Source of the DNA: a bacterium
GTDB taxonomy: Bacteria; Hinthialibacterota; Hinthialibacteria; Hinthialibacterales; Hinthialibacteraceae
Assembly: GCA_963662285.2 (NCBI GenBank)
Contig: CAXXMV010000008.1
Span: 1,472,001 to 1,536,000, forward strand
Length of the DNA stretch: 64,000 nucleotides
Reading direction: 5' to 3'
The first letter of the stretch is position 1. Each line of letters begins with the position of its first letter. The notes under the pieces are model-generated. The model had not been told where the DNA came from, ran no database searches, and worked only from the letters and a program-made list of their open reading frames with translations. Position numbers and translations under genes: made by a program. Below are positions 62,059 through 64,000 of this stretch, piece by piece.

Positions 62059-63560
62059 CAGTTCCCAATCATATCGCTATTCTCCATTATCACCTCCAAA
62101 AAGGCGGCGTAACCAGCGTTATCCAAAACGCTCTCAAAGCGGTTGGCCATAAAGCCAGTTTTGATCTTTGCAGTGGAACTAACCACCTATCAACCCAAAA
62201 AAACGTTCTTTTAGACGAAGGTTTTTGCAAGCGTATAATCGAGTTGCCATCTCTGGGATATGCTCTTGAATCATCAACTCCAGACGCCGCGCCCGATAAC
62301 GCTTCATCTCTTGTCGATAAATTACTTTCATCGCTATCGTCAGGCGGTAATAACCAGCCTGATATATTCCATATTCATAATCACTCTCTTGGAAAAAATC
62401 CCGGCTTCAGCGAAATGGTCTATCATCTCGCTAATAGAAATGACCGGCTCTTACTGCAAATCCATGATTTTGCTGAAGATGGACGTCCGGGAAATTATGC
62501 TTTTCTACGCAAACATATCGGCGGCGGTAAGCCTGATCTAATAACCAAGATGCTCTACCCCCAGGCGTCTCATGTGCATTACGCGGTTCTTAACGGGCGG
62601 GATCATGATTTCCTGTTCAAATCGGGCATACATCCTCAACGACTGCATTATCTGCCTAATCCAGTTGCAGCGCCAACCGAAGGCGAGTCGCAAAAAATTG
62701 ATAAGCTAAACTACGACCGATTATTGGTTTATCCCACCCGCGCCATCCGACGCAAAAACATTGGTGAATTATTGTTATGGGCGGCTATGTCCCAACCGGG
62801 CGACCTCTTCGCTATAACGCTGGCGCCTCAGAATCCCAAGGCGCTGCCCATTTACCAGAGGTGGATATCATTCGCAAAGCGATTAAATTTACCAGTCGAA
62901 TTTGATATCTGCGCCCGACTCGACATCCCATTCACCAGCTTGATGTACTCCGCTGACGCGCTTATAACAACCAGCATCGCCGAAGGATTCGGTCTCGCCT
63001 TTCTGGAACCCTGGCTCTACAACCGCCCGCTCATAGGCCGCAACCTGCCCAGCATAACCCAGGATTTCTCACTGCAAGGCATTGATCTATCACACCTGTA
63101 TAATGCATTGCGTGTCCCCATCGAGTGGATTGGAGAGAAAACGCTGCGCCAGAAAATCTCTGTAGCGGCTGAACTATATTTCAGCCAATACAACCGCCCT
63201 CTACCTCATGATTTCGTCGAACGAGTTATGCAATCAATGATCACCGGGCGACGGGTGGAATTCGGCAGATTGGACGAAGAGTTGCAGGAAATTGTCATCC
63301 AAACAGTTCACGAATCACCAACCGCCCGGACTGAAGTAGACCCACCCCAATTGAATACCGGCTTCAGCGAATCAATCATCAAAAAAAATTCTAATATTAT
63401 CCAAGAAAAATTCAGCTTGGAGAAATATGGCAACCGCTTGTGGGACATATACCTAACCATTGCCAATTCAGAGCCTTGTCCGTTAGAATCGTTCAATATA
63501 GACCGATTACTGGATTGCTTCATGCAACCATCCCGATTCAATTTATTGCGCACTTCATAG
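62055..63560 (+). CDS. GT4-like glycosyltransferase
   Basis: HYHLQKGGVTSVI, HNHSLGKN, HDFAEDGRP, YPTRAIRRKN, EGFGLAFLEPW; ATGA overlap with gpgS. Confidence 0.8.
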   Translation: MTVPNHIAILHYHLQKGGVTSVIQNALKAVGHKASFDLCSGTNHLSTQKNVLLDEGFCKRIIELPSLGYALESSTPDAAPDNASSLVDKLLSSLSSGGNNQPDIFHIHNHSLGKNPGFSEMVYHLANRNDRLLLQIHDFAEDGRPGNYAFLRKHIGGGKPDLITKMLYPQASHVHYAVLNGRDHDFLFKSGIHPQRLHYLPNPVAAPTEGESQKIDKLNYDRLLVYPTRAIRRKNIGELLLWAAMSQPGDLFAITLAPQNPKALPIYQRWISFAKRLNLPVEFDICARLDIPFTSLMYSADALITTSIAEGFGLAFLEPWLYNRPLIGRNLPSITQDFSLQGIDLSHLYNALRVPIEWIGEKTLRQKISVAAELYFSQYNRPLPHDFVERVMQSMITGRRVEFGRLDEELQEIVIQTVHESPTARTEVDPPQLNTGFSESIIKKNSNIIQEKFSLEKYGNRLWDIYLTIANSEPCPLESFNIDRLLDCFMQPSRFNLLRTS

Positions 63561-63569
63561 GACGAAGCC

Positions 63570-64000
63570 ATGGATGCCATATCTTCTAAACTAACAAAAA
63601 TCATCACAGAACTGTCATCGCCGCTCGCTCCAATCCCCACTGGTATGCAAGAAAACCTGGAACCTTTAAGCGGCGTCCGCGCCGTGCTCTTCGATGTATA
63701 TGGCGTATTATTCATTTCGGGCGCAGGTGATATCGGCTTCAATGAGCCAATCGACAGCGACAGCGCCTTCCAAAGCGCCCTGGTCTCTGCTGGATTCCAT
63801 TGGCTACGTGAATACAGTGAAAAGCATGGCCCGGTATTACTTAAAAGCGCTATCAAACAAACTCACGCCTTAAAAAAAGAGAAGAATATCGAATATCCCG
63901 AAGTTGATATCCTGGAAGAATGGGAAAAGGTAGTCGTCAACCTAATCAATCAGAACATAATCCAGGGAGAAATCACGGAAACCTCGATAAAACAATTGGC
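63570..64000 (+). CDS. HAD family hydrolase/phosphatase, 3'-truncated by window edge
   Basis: Not in ORF track; translates MDAISSKL...SPLAPIPTG...VRAVLFDVYGVLFISGAGDI (HAD motif I-like), open to the end. Confidence 0.78.
   Translation, partial: MDAISSKLTKIITELSSPLAPIPTGMQENLEPLSGVRAVLFDVYGVLFISGAGDIGFNEPIDSDSAFQSALVSAGFHWLREYSEKHGPVLLKSAIKQTHALKKEKNIEYPEVDILEEWEKVVVNLINQNIIQGEITETSIKQL

Overview
Gene-dense, low-to-moderate GC bacterial chromosome segment with no rRNA, tRNA or CRISPR array seen. It is dominated by secreted carbohydrate- and peptide-scavenging genes (GH106-like, GH97, GH9, heparinase II/III-like, sulfatase, CBM9 protein, tricorn protease, OPT and CstA transporters). It also holds two tandem PEP-synthase-like paralogs with a KaiC/RecA-like N-terminus, two orphan pseudopilins, a STAS-zinc ribbon-PilZ/wza/wzc module, a RAYT transposase bracketed by hairpin inverted repeats, dispersed GTAG-type REPs, and a glucosylglycerate compatible-solute cluster at the right end. 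The pseudopilin style and C-terminal 'SVxDWxxY' tails suggest an OLB16/Hinthialibacteria-like lineage (inference only). Best leads: (1) an unannotated ~370-nt promoter-to-terminator transcript at 42842-43250 with a 16-nt complement to the 16S 3' end, a 20-aa Cys-patterned ORF and a structured 3' region; (2) a shared short C-terminal motif on unrelated secreted proteins, possibly a sorting signal; (3) a RAYT element with non-GTAG hairpins and an apparent cargo gene.
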